A stretch of 27,694 nucleotides of DNA. It comes from Cyanobacteria bacterium P01_A01_bin.123. Its GTDB lineage: Bacteria; Cyanobacteriota; Cyanobacteriia; Phormidesmidales; Phormidesmidaceae. The DNA lies in contig JBCBZT010000075.1 of assembly GCA_039815185.1 (NCBI GenBank), positions 1 through 27,694 of the forward strand, read 5' to 3'. Positions 17,388-25,854 of the stretch are shown one piece after another; the stretch's first letter is position 1; each line of letters begins with the position of its first letter. Made by a program: the position numbers and the translations under genes. The notes beneath the pieces were generated by a model. That model saw only the letters and a program-made list of their open reading frames with translations. It was not told the DNA's origin and did no database searches.

Positions 17388-18698
17388 ATGGTCTACTACA
17401 TTGCCCCTCGCTTTCTCGATACGCTTGCCATTCACATCACCAAAAACTATCTCAATTTGCCCCAGGTGCGGGTACCGCTGATTCTGGGTATCCATGGGCG
17501 CAAAGGTGAAGGTAAAACCTTTCAGTGTGAATTGGTATTTGAACGCATGGGTGTGGAGGTCGTCCAGATCTCAGGGGGCGAGTTGGAAAGCCCAGATGCG
17601 GGGGATCCAGCGCGGTTGATTCGATTGCGTTATCGGGAAGCGGCTGAATTGGTACGGGTACGGGGCACAATGGCGGTGCTGATCATCAATGACTTGGACG
17701 CTGGGGCCGGACGGTTTGACCGAATGACTCAATACACGGTTAATACTCAACTGGTGAACAACACCCTGATGAACATTGCCGATAATCCAACCAATGTGCA
17801 GCTCCCCGGCAGCTATGACGACACACCGCTGCAGCGCATCCCAATTGTGGTGACGGGTAACGACTTTGCCACGCTCTATGCCCCGTTGGTTCGCGATGGC
17901 CGCATGAATAAGTTTTATTGGCAACCCGATCGAACCGATCGAATTGGCATTGTAGGCGGTATTTTTGCTCCCGATGGCTTGAGTGAAAGCCAGGTTGAGC
18001 AGTTAGTTGATCACTTCTCTGAGCAGGCGATTGATTTTTATAGCGCCCTGCGATCGCGCATTTATGACGAACAAATTCGCGAGTTTATTCACCAGGTAGG
18101 CATCGATCAGGTTTCTCGCAATGTAGTCAATACTACGTCACCGCCTCAGTTCCCAAAACCGGACTTTCAACTGGCACATCTGATTAAAGTAGGACAAGCA
18201 ATGGTGGCCGAGCAAAATCGAGTGCGGGACGGTCACCTGGTACGCGAATATAATCAGGCGCTCCAAGAAACAGATTCCCGTCCTAAAACAGAGCGCTCTC
18301 CAAAATCTACCGATACTCAGTTTTACAAGACTTACAGTAATGGTTCGGATAGTAATGGTTCAGAGCAGCAGGCTCTTAAGACAATGCCCCCAACTGTGCC
18401 ACCATCGCTATCCTTCACTGGCCCCACTACCCATCGACTGGATCAGGACACCGTTAAGCAGGTGAAAAACCTTTTATCTCAGGGTTATGGCATTGGCATA
18501 GAACGGGTCGATCAACGACGATTTCGCACCAATTCTTGGACTAGCTGTGCGGCACTGCAAACGGAAGACAACCAGGAAGCGATCGCAGCCCTAACGCAAT
18601 GCATCAACGACTATCCCCAAGATTATGTGCGACTGATTGGCATCAACCCCATCAGCAAACAGCGCGTACTAGAGCAAATTATTCAGCGGCCTCAATAG
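17388..18698 (+). CDS. rca: Rubisco activase-like AAA+ protein with a C-terminal RbcS-like domain
   Basis: YYIAPRFLD, Walker A GRKGEGKT, LIINDLDAGAGR, YAPLVRDGRM, and C-terminal RRFRTNSWTSC...YVRLIGI (SSUL module as in CcmM). Confidence 0.95.
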   Translation: MVYYIAPRFLDTLAIHITKNYLNLPQVRVPLILGIHGRKGEGKTFQCELVFERMGVEVVQISGGELESPDAGDPARLIRLRYREAAELVRVRGTMAVLIINDLDAGAGRFDRMTQYTVNTQLVNNTLMNIADNPTNVQLPGSYDDTPLQRIPIVVTGNDFATLYAPLVRDGRMNKFYWQPDRTDRIGIVGGIFAPDGLSESQVEQLVDHFSEQAIDFYSALRSRIYDEQIREFIHQVGIDQVSRNVVNTTSPPQFPKPDFQLAHLIKVGQAMVAEQNRVRDGHLVREYNQALQETDSRPKTERSPKSTDTQFYKTYSNGSDSNGSEQQALKTMPPTVPPSLSFTGPTTHRLDQDTVKQVKNLLSQGYGIGIERVDQRRFRTNSWTSCAALQTEDNQEAIAALTQCINDYPQDYVRLIGINPISKQRVLEQIIQRPQ

Positions 18699-19761
18699 CC
18701 CCTTGATGGCCCCGAACTTTATAGGTCACTTCTTCAATCGGCAAATTTTCACTGTCCCAATCGTCATAGCGCAGCTGCAATCGCCGTTCCCCAGAATATT
18801 CCACCAGCTCGCCGCTGTAACGCTTGGCCTCAGTCCCCAAACTTTGAATCCGCAACTTGCCATCAAATACCGTAGCGCGAGCCAGATAAATCACGAGGTC
18901 ATCCCGCGACGGGCGATTGACCGTAGTGCTGGCTGTGAGGTGGGCGAGTCCCCGCTCATCCATTTCCTGAGTTAGGGCAAAGGCGGTGTTGCGAATGCCG
19001 CGAACTGCCACAATGATCGAGGCCACGGCCATCGTGATATCGATGCCATCGTCAGTCAAAATCCGTTGATTAGAAAGATAGTTAAAGTTCCGCTCGCCCA
19101 AATCACTGCGAATGCGGCGATGAATCAAATTTTCAGACTGGTAATGGGTCAAGGCTCCGACAATTGCCCCACAGGCGGCACGGGGTTCTCGCCAGGGCGA
19201 TTCACGGGTTTTGCCATAGACCTGCTTGCCATTTTCTCGCAGCCGTCCCACATGGGTTTTGAGGTCAATCGCGACTAGCGAAATCGACTGGGGGTTGCCA
19301 TCGTAGACCCGCTGTTTCAGTTGTTCATCTAACTCATGGGCAACAGTCACGTGGGCTAGCGTCGCCCCGTTATCAGTGCCGCCCCCAGCAGGGAAGAAGG
19401 CTTCTAGTTTGAGTTCGCCAATTTCAGAGAGGGTGGCGAATCGAGAGGCAACGACATCGCGATAGCGTTTGGTGGCTTCTCCCTGATGGATGCGATCGCC
19501 GCAGTTGGTATAAGCCAATGTCGTTACTACACTGGGCAGACTCATATCCGCTCCGCAGGCTTTCATATCCGTGGGGCTAGCTGCCGCAAACTGGAGTTCA
19601 TCCCGCAGGATTTGCAGACCATTGATCAACGCATAGCGATCGCTGACGATCTCATTGAGATAATTATGATAGGCATTCCGCTCCATACCAAAACTGGCCG
19701 CGAGTTGCCAAAACCGTTCAACGCGCTTTCGGGTGGCGGTCGGATCAAAGGGTAAAGACAC
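18679..19761 (-). CDS. Uncharacterised protein, candidate divergent LCIB/theta-class carbonic anhydrase
   Basis: Long ORF containing HIP1 sites. Motifs in LCIB-like order: C87-G-D89, FPAGG, T-H170-VG, A-C197-GA. Coding status is secure; the function is inferred. Confidence 0.6.
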   Translation of the reverse strand: MSLPFDPTATRKRVERFWQLAASFGMERNAYHNYLNEIVSDRYALINGLQILRDELQFAAASPTDMKACGADMSLPSVVTTLAYTNCGDRIHQGEATKRYRDVVASRFATLSEIGELKLEAFFPAGGGTDNGATLAHVTVAHELDEQLKQRVYDGNPQSISLVAIDLKTHVGRLRENGKQVYGKTRESPWREPRAACGAIVGALTHYQSENLIHRRIRSDLGERNFNYLSNQRILTDDGIDITMAVASIIVAVRGIRNTAFALTQEMDERGLAHLTASTTVNRPSRDDLVIYLARATVFDGKLRIQSLGTEAKRYSGELVEYSGERRLQLRYDDWDSENLPIEEVTYKVRGHQGAIEAAE

Positions 19762-19920
19762 GGATAATCTCCCTTACAGAGCTCAATTTTGTTCCAGATG
19801 CTTTAGGGCACGATGGGAGCGGACAACAGACCACCTAGAACCTTAAATTCGCATAGTGAAACGATTCATATCGAAACCAATCTAGAAGCTAGAACTCCCA
19901 ACATCTGTCCCAAAGCAGTT

Positions 19921-20388
19921 TTAACCTGATTTGAGACTATTGAGCACTTCTGCAAGTCTACGCGATCGCGTTGGCGCTGTTTTCGCCGATGCAACGCGGT
20001 GTGCTAATCCCCGGCGCTTTCCAGGGGTTAATTGGTCCCAGGCTTGTGATGCCGCCTTATCTCGATCAAGCGCTAGTGCCAATTCATCAGGTACCTCAAC
20101 AGCATCTTGGTCTACAACATTAAAGCGAATGTCAACCTCATCGCCGAGGGAATAGTTGCCCGCTTTCATCAACGGGCGAGATAGCATCAAATACCAGCGC
20201 CCTTTTGAAGGTTGCCAGGCCCCTTCGATAGGCACCTCGCCAATCTCACCGCTCATCCGTAGCCGGGGGTGTTTGTTTAGCGGTAATTCGTCCTGTAAAT
20301 CAGGGGGAAGGAACACAACTGTGTAGACGTATGTACCCAAATTATGGGTCACAATCTGTCCTGTGAATTCGTACTGATAGAAGCTCAT
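19921..20388 (-). CDS. YdeI/OmpD-associated (DUF1905 + OmdA-like) protein
   Basis: VEVPDELALAL...AWDQLTPGKRR...SAKTAPTRSRR. Confidence 0.88.
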   Translation of the reverse strand: MSFYQYEFTGQIVTHNLGTYVYTVVFLPPDLQDELPLNKHPRLRMSGEIGEVPIEGAWQPSKGRWYLMLSRPLMKAGNYSLGDEVDIRFNVVDQDAVEVPDELALALDRDKAASQAWDQLTPGKRRGLAHRVASAKTAPTRSRRLAEVLNSLKSG

Positions 20389-20511
20389 TTTTGACGGTCA
20401 AAATTTGATTGCCCAATGGGGAGTGACCAACTTCTTTAGCCTGAGAGATTATTGTAATCTCCCTAGTAGAGGCAGGCGAATTTCTAAAGTACTGAGCAAA
20501 GAGCGTTAGCC

Positions 20512-20538
20512 AAAAAAATCCCTGGCAAATTGCCAGGG
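20512..20538 (-). terminator. Rho-independent terminator of the repeat-protein gene
   Basis: CCCTGGCA-aat-TGCCAGGG stem followed on the minus strand by a T7 run. Confidence 0.8.
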
Positions 20539-20573
20539 AAAAGGTGTGAGGTGCAGGTTGTCATATAGAGGTA

Positions 20574-20996
20574 CTAGTCTGCTAGTACTCCGTCACGGAC
20601 TTGATCTAAGCTGGACTGGTCTTTATCTAAGTTTTCACGGCGTAGCTGGTCGAGCTTTTCAGACTTCTCTAGGTTCTCTGCACGAATCTCATCAAGATTG
20701 GACTGGTCTTTGTCTAAGTTTTCACGACGTAGCTGGTCGAGCTTTTCAGACTTCTCTAGGTTCTCTTCGCGAATCTCATCAAGATTGGACTGGTCTTTGT
20801 CCAAGTTTTCACGACGTAGCTGGTCGAGCTTTTCAGACTTCTCCAGGTTTTCTGCACGGAGTTGATCCAAGCTATTTTGGTCTTTCTCCAAATTTTCGCG
20901 GCGTAGTTGATCAAAGTCGGAAGCAGCGTAGGCAATTGGCGCAACGGTTGCAGAGGCTAAGACAATAGTTAACAGGGAAAGGGCAAAGCGTTTCAT
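20574..20996 (-). CDS. Secreted, highly charged tandem-repeat protein
   Basis: AAGGAG ribosome-binding site, signal peptide MKRFALSLLTIVLASATVAPIAYA, then repeats of LD(Q/E)(L/I)RxENL(D/E)K. Confidence 0.85.
   Translation of the reverse strand: MKRFALSLLTIVLASATVAPIAYAASDFDQLRRENLEKDQNSLDQLRAENLEKSEKLDQLRRENLDKDQSNLDEIREENLEKSEKLDQLRRENLDKDQSNLDEIRAENLEKSEKLDQLRRENLDKDQSSLDQVRDGVLAD
20612..20912. repeat. 87-bp (29-codon) tandem repeat, about 3.5 copies
   Basis: Unit start TGGACTGGTCTT recurs at 20612, 20699 and 20786. Confidence 0.92.
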
Positions 20997-21253
20997 AATC
21001 AGCTCCTTAAAAATCAGGTGAGGTTGAACTTTGTTCATCTTGATTTCCATCATGCGCCCTTGATCTGAATCAACTCTGATTGGATCGTGAACGTTGGCTA
21101 AAGGCTTTCTGAATCAGTTGAACGACAATTCTCAGGTCACACTCAGGAAGGGGAAAAAGCTCCGTTATGCTGACCGCAAAATCCTATAAATCTGAATAAG
21201 CTCACCTGGTCTGGCAATATACGCTGGTATTGTCACTGGACTGGAGGGTTCCT

Positions 21254-24200
21254 ATGCGTCGCTTGATAAGGTTGTTTGGTCTCACAGTTGCCACCGTAGT
21301 GATCATATTGGCTACCCAGATCCCTGGATTTTCGAAAGAGCCAACGGATCTGCAGCGAGCAACCTTACCGCTTCTAGACGGTAAACCATCCCTCGAAAAA
21401 TCTTGGTCAGAGCTTTCACCCAACCCCCTTCCAACTCAGAGGCAAGTTCGCGATTTGGCCCCTGCAGCTCTGAAGACAAACGAGGATGGCATCATCCTGC
21501 AAACAGAGGGGAGCTTGGCAGAGGGAGACTCAACCTTACAAGATGGCAGCCTTTACGATTCGTATCCGTTTGAAGGACAAACTGGGCAGATTATCCAAAT
21601 TCGGCTGGAAAGTGTTGAGTTTGACACTTACTTAATACTGCTAGCGCCCAATGGAGAGCAACTTGCCTTTAATGATGACAGTCTCGGTGGGACCAACTCA
21701 AGGATTTCTGTGGAATTACCCCAGGATGGCACATACCGTGTGATTGCTAACGCCTATGACAGCTCTGGGCGAGGAGAGTACAGCCTTATGATTTCAGCCA
21801 TCAGCGATGCTGACTATAGACAAGCTGTCGACATTGAAACCCGCAAAGCTGGGGCCGATCGCCTGTTGGCACTGGGGTTTCAGCACTACAGCCGTAGCCA
21901 GTATCCAGAAGCGCTGACTGCTTGGGAAGAGGCATTAAGCATTTATCAAGCCATTGGCGATCGCTTCGGGGAAGGTCAAGCCTTAAACAATTTAGGCCTA
22001 GTCTATGACGACTTGGGTCAGTATGGACAAGCCATTGACTTGCATGAGCAAAGTCTCGTGATTGCTAGGGAAATGGGCGATCGCATCACAGAAGGTTACG
22101 CCTTGGGCAATTTGGGTCTGGTGTACGATGACCTGGGTCAATACGAACGGGCCATCGACTTCCATCAGCAATCCTTAGCAATTGAACAAGAATTGGGTAA
22201 TCGTCGAGATGCCGCTGGCACCCTAAGTAACTTAGGCGGTAGCTATTACAGATTGGGCCAATACGACCGGGCGATCGACTTTTTACAACAGTCTCTGGTC
22301 ATTCAGCGTGAGGTCAATGACCGGGCTCGGGAAGGGACTGTACTAGGCAATTTAGGGTTTGCCTATTACGGCATAGGGCAGTACGAGCAGTCCATTGACT
22401 TGCATCAGCAACATTTGACCATCGCTCGTGAGGTTGGCGACCCGTTTGAAGAAGCACGCGCGCTCAACAATCTGGGATTTGCACACCAGGCTTTAGACGA
22501 TTACGAGCAAGCGCTTGACCTTTATCAGCAGTCGATCGCGATTTTTCGAAATCTTGGCGTCCGCAATGAAGAGGGCATCGCCCTAGGACGGTTGGGGCGT
22601 TTGCTTGACCAACAGGATCAATCTGAACTTGCGATTGTCTTTTTGAAAGCCTCGGTTGAAGTCCGGGAATCCATTCGGGGTGATATTAGCGGTCTCGACA
22701 CCGAACTCCAACAGTCTTTCATCGACACCGTTGCCGATGACTATCGCCTCTTAGCTGACCTTCTGCTACAGCAGGATCGGATCATTGAAGCCCAGCGCAT
22801 CCTTGATTTACTGAAAGTGCAAGAGCTAGACGACTACTTGCAAGACGTGCAGCGCAACGGCCAAACTGAGCAAGGCGTCGACTATTGGCAACCTGAAGCT
22901 AGCATTCTCGCCCTTTATCAAGAGGTTTTGCTCACGGGGCAAGAACTGGCGCAGCTGCAACGCCTTGATGCAACAGATCGAACCCCCGCAGAACAGACAC
23001 GCTTAGAAGCGCTAGAGGCTAACCAAGACCAGCTCTACACGAATTTTATTGATTGGCTAGAAGAACCTCAAATTATTGCAGCGCTAGATCAACTGCGTGC
23101 CGAAACCCGGGGACGCAATGTCGATATTGAAAACTTCACTGACCTGCAAACCAGTTTGGCTAACCTGCCCCAAACCAGCGTGCTGCTTTATCCGCTAATT
23201 CTAGACGATCGCTTAGAGTTGGTGCTGATTTCCCCCAATGCCCCTCCAGTGAGGTATCCGGTTGAGGTGAGTGCAACCGAGCTAAACCGAGTGATTGTGG
23301 CCTTCGGTCAAGCGCTCAAGTCTCCCACCAGTGATGCCCGTACGCCTGCGCAACAACTCTACGACTGGGTGATTAAGCCGCTGGAAACTGATTTGGCGGC
23401 AGCCAATGCCGAGACGATTGTCTTTGCCCCAGATGGAGTACTACGCTATGTGCCGCTACCCGCGCTATATGACGGTGAAAACTGGTTGGCAGAGCGGTTC
23501 AACTTTACCCAGATTACAGCAGCTTCGGTGACAGATTTCGACAGCCAGCCCTCTGGAAATCTTGACCTACTAGCTGCCGCCTGTGCAGCGTGTCAGTTTA
23601 GTTTTCAAGTCGGGGATGGGGAAGTTGCCTTTAATAATTTGCCCGGTACCGCCGATGAAGTGGCGTTACTATCAGAACAATTTCCAGAAGCTGAAGTGTT
23701 GCTCAACGATCGCTTTACCCCAGATGAATTGGAAAGTCGTTTGGGTGACCATACCCTGGTTCACCTAGCCACCCACGGCATGTTTGTGCCAGGGCAGCCG
23801 GATGAGTCTTTCCTGGTATTTGGCGATGGCAGTCGGGTAAATTTGCGTCAGATCCGACGGGATTGGAATCAACTGGATGCTGATTTAGTGGTGTTGAGCG
23901 CCTGCGAAACAGCAGTGGGCAGTCCTCAGCTAGGCGATGGGATTGAAGTTTTAGGACTCGGCTTCCAAATGCAGCGAGTCGGGGCAAAGGCGGTGATAGC
24001 GTCGCTGTGGCAGGTGAGCGATCGCGGCACGCAAATCTTTATGGGTGCCTTTTATGATGCCCTAAGGCAGGGGATGACCAAAGCAGAAGCCCTACGATGG
24101 GCACAGACTGCGTTTATCAATAATGATGAAACGGTTTTGGACGCTCAACGGGCAGGTATTGCTATTCGGGTTGACGAAGGCAGGGACACCGGAGATGCCG

Positions 24201-24259
24201 GTACGCTCAGCCACCCCTACTTTTGGGCACCGTTTATCCTGATTGGTAATGGCTTGTGA
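21254..24259 (+). CDS. PPC-TPR-CHAT domain protein (caspase-like Cys protease fold)
   Basis: GGAGG before ATG 21254, signal-like N-terminus, PPC domain (FDTYLILL..NDD..GTYRVIA), about seven 40-aa TPRs (ALxNLGxxY..LGQY), CHAT motifs HLATHG and LSACET, and HPYFWAPFILIGN. Confidence 0.93.
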   Translation: MRRLIRLFGLTVATVVIILATQIPGFSKEPTDLQRATLPLLDGKPSLEKSWSELSPNPLPTQRQVRDLAPAALKTNEDGIILQTEGSLAEGDSTLQDGSLYDSYPFEGQTGQIIQIRLESVEFDTYLILLAPNGEQLAFNDDSLGGTNSRISVELPQDGTYRVIANAYDSSGRGEYSLMISAISDADYRQAVDIETRKAGADRLLALGFQHYSRSQYPEALTAWEEALSIYQAIGDRFGEGQALNNLGLVYDDLGQYGQAIDLHEQSLVIAREMGDRITEGYALGNLGLVYDDLGQYERAIDFHQQSLAIEQELGNRRDAAGTLSNLGGSYYRLGQYDRAIDFLQQSLVIQREVNDRAREGTVLGNLGFAYYGIGQYEQSIDLHQQHLTIAREVGDPFEEARALNNLGFAHQALDDYEQALDLYQQSIAIFRNLGVRNEEGIALGRLGRLLDQQDQSELAIVFLKASVEVRESIRGDISGLDTELQQSFIDTVADDYRLLADLLLQQDRIIEAQRILDLLKVQELDDYLQDVQRNGQTEQGVDYWQPEASILALYQEVLLTGQELAQLQRLDATDRTPAEQTRLEALEANQDQLYTNFIDWLEEPQIIAALDQLRAETRGRNVDIENFTDLQTSLANLPQTSVLLYPLILDDRLELVLISPNAPPVRYPVEVSATELNRVIVAFGQALKSPTSDARTPAQQLYDWVIKPLETDLAAANAETIVFAPDGVLRYVPLPALYDGENWLAERFNFTQITAASVTDFDSQPSGNLDLLAAACAACQFSFQVGDGEVAFNNLPGTADEVALLSEQFPEAEVLLNDRFTPDELESRLGDHTLVHLATHGMFVPGQPDESFLVFGDGSRVNLRQIRRDWNQLDADLVVLSACETAVGSPQLGDGIEVLGLGFQMQRVGAKAVIASLWQVSDRGTQIFMGAFYDALRQGMTKAEALRWAQTAFINNDETVLDAQRAGIAIRVDEGRDTGDAGTLSHPYFWAPFILIGNGL

Positions 24260-24356
24260 TGAACATCTTTAATCCAACCTCAATCCCTATCCAGGGTGAT
24301 CGCCACTACCTAAGGCTTGATCCGCCAGGTCAAGTTTTCAACTCAACGATTTACCA

Positions 24357-25310
24357 ATGACTCGTGCTCGATTGACAAAACTCATAATGTTTTGCCTGGG
24401 TTTGGCGATCGCCCTGTGGTGGGGCGAGCGTGCCTTAATGTCGCCCTCTGCCTATGCCCAAGCTGAAGAACCAGCCGTTGTGCGATCCCTTTCGTTGGCA
24501 GAATTACCCACTCTTGGGATTGCCTCAGAAATGCCTGCCTTGATTCCCCCAAGCCTTAGGCAATCCAATCATCCTCAAAACAGACGGGGCATTATTGATG
24601 GCGACGAACGGGTGGAGATGCTCAGCCGTAGCTATCCTTGGTCGGCAATTGGATTAATCATTAGCTACAGCGATAGCGATTCTGCCCAAAGCTGCTCTGG
24701 TACCTTGGTGGCAACCGATGTGGTGTTAACCAATGCCCATTGCGTTTTGGATTATGAAACGGGCGAGGTGTACCCCAGCATTGTGTTTGCCCCCAACGTG
24801 ATCAACGGAACAGTTGTCTCTACAGATGATATTACTGAGGTCGACAGCGTCTTTTATGGACCGGCATTTGCAGAAGATCCCCGTGCACCCCACCCGGACG
24901 ATTGGGCCTTTATGAAGCTAAAACAGCCTTTGGGCGATCGCTACGGCACCCTCCCTTGGCAAATCATTCCCCCAGAGCGCTTAGTCAACGATTACGAAGG
25001 CGAAATCAACCTGGTGGGCTATTCGGGCGATTTTCCCGAAGATAACCCCGGCAAAACGGCGGGGGTTCACCTGGGATGCAGCGTTATCGACCAGTACGAA
25101 GACAGTCTAGCCCACGACTGCGATACGTTTGGGGGTTCCTCAGGTGGGCCTTTGCTCGTGTGGATTGACGACCAACCCTACATCGTGGGGGTCAATTCTG
25201 CGGAGTGGGTTCGTCCTGTCGACGATAGCGATAGCCCAGAATGGATAGGCGTTGTCAACTTTGGGGTTCAAATTCCCCGCATCGCTGATTTTTTGGAGAC
25301 ATACCTCTAG
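24357..25310 (+). CDS. Secreted trypsin-like serine protease (V8/glutamyl-endopeptidase-like)
   Basis: Signal peptide (AYA-Q) and catalytic triad motifs TNAHC, DWAF and CDTFGGSSGGP. Confidence 0.92.
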   Translation: MTRARLTKLIMFCLGLAIALWWGERALMSPSAYAQAEEPAVVRSLSLAELPTLGIASEMPALIPPSLRQSNHPQNRRGIIDGDERVEMLSRSYPWSAIGLIISYSDSDSAQSCSGTLVATDVVLTNAHCVLDYETGEVYPSIVFAPNVINGTVVSTDDITEVDSVFYGPAFAEDPRAPHPDDWAFMKLKQPLGDRYGTLPWQIIPPERLVNDYEGEINLVGYSGDFPEDNPGKTAGVHLGCSVIDQYEDSLAHDCDTFGGSSGGPLLVWIDDQPYIVGVNSAEWVRPVDDSDSPEWIGVVNFGVQIPRIADFLETYL

Positions 25311-25424
25311 ACTGACATCGCAATCCCGTTTCTTTTGCTTGGTTAAAGTCAAGTTAAATTTACAATTGGTAATATTATCTGGCTACAATAAAAACGTTGC
25401 TTCTTACCTCCGAGGTCTAGCGTT

Positions 25425-25781
25425 ATGTCAGTTCTTTGCCAGAAAATTGGGACAGTGATTCAGCGAATGGTTGCGGGTCTAATCATCGGCATTATCGGAT
25501 TCATCTTTGGGATGGTCTATCCAGCTTATGCAGACGCTCCCCAAGATTCGGGGCGTTACATTGCTGCTGATGGCAGTGATTTGACTGCCGTTGCCGAGTG
25601 TTTACCCAAGCGACTCAGCCAGCCTAATCTAGAACGGGCGCTGAAAGAGTCACGCAACGACTTTTTAGAGAAGGTTTTTGATGTCAAAGACAATTACATG
25701 GAATATAAGCTGGATGACAGCGAAGTTGAGTATCTGAACTGCTTAAGACAAAAAGGCGTCACACCCCAGGTCGATCGCTAA
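25425..25781 (+). CDS. Small exported hypothetical protein
   Basis: Hydrophobic N-terminus ending PAYA-D, two Cys in the mature part, followed by a terminator. Confidence 0.75.
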   Translation: MSVLCQKIGTVIQRMVAGLIIGIIGFIFGMVYPAYADAPQDSGRYIAADGSDLTAVAECLPKRLSQPNLERALKESRNDFLEKVFDVKDNYMEYKLDDSEVEYLNCLRQKGVTPQVDR

Positions 25782-25793
25782 AAGAATGTTGTT

Positions 25794-25819
25794 GCCCCTG
25801 CCTTTGGTGGGGGCTTTTT
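25794..25819 (+). terminator. Rho-independent terminator
   Basis: GCCCCTGCC-ttt-GGTGGGGGC stem (with G-U pairs) plus TTTTT, between convergent genes. Confidence 0.75.
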
Positions 25820-25854
25820 GGGGTCTGTTTGAGGAGGGGGTAGCAGTTTTAAAG

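Noticed and set aside
18336..18365. 15-bp tandem duplication (SNGSD/SNGSE) in rca
   Set aside because: Ordinary slippage in the disordered linker
20612..20912. 87-bp repeats as a CRISPR array
   Set aside because: The units are contiguous with no unique spacers, are a multiple of 3, and encode a protein repeat with synonymous variation. No cas genes are nearby
21950..22560. About 120-bp periodic similarity
   Set aside because: Fully explained by 40-aa TPR repeats
21254..25310. CHAT locus as a CRISPR-associated (Craspase) or gasdermin defence system
   Set aside because: No Cas7-11, CRISPR array or gasdermin-like gene is present, and both proteins appear to be exported
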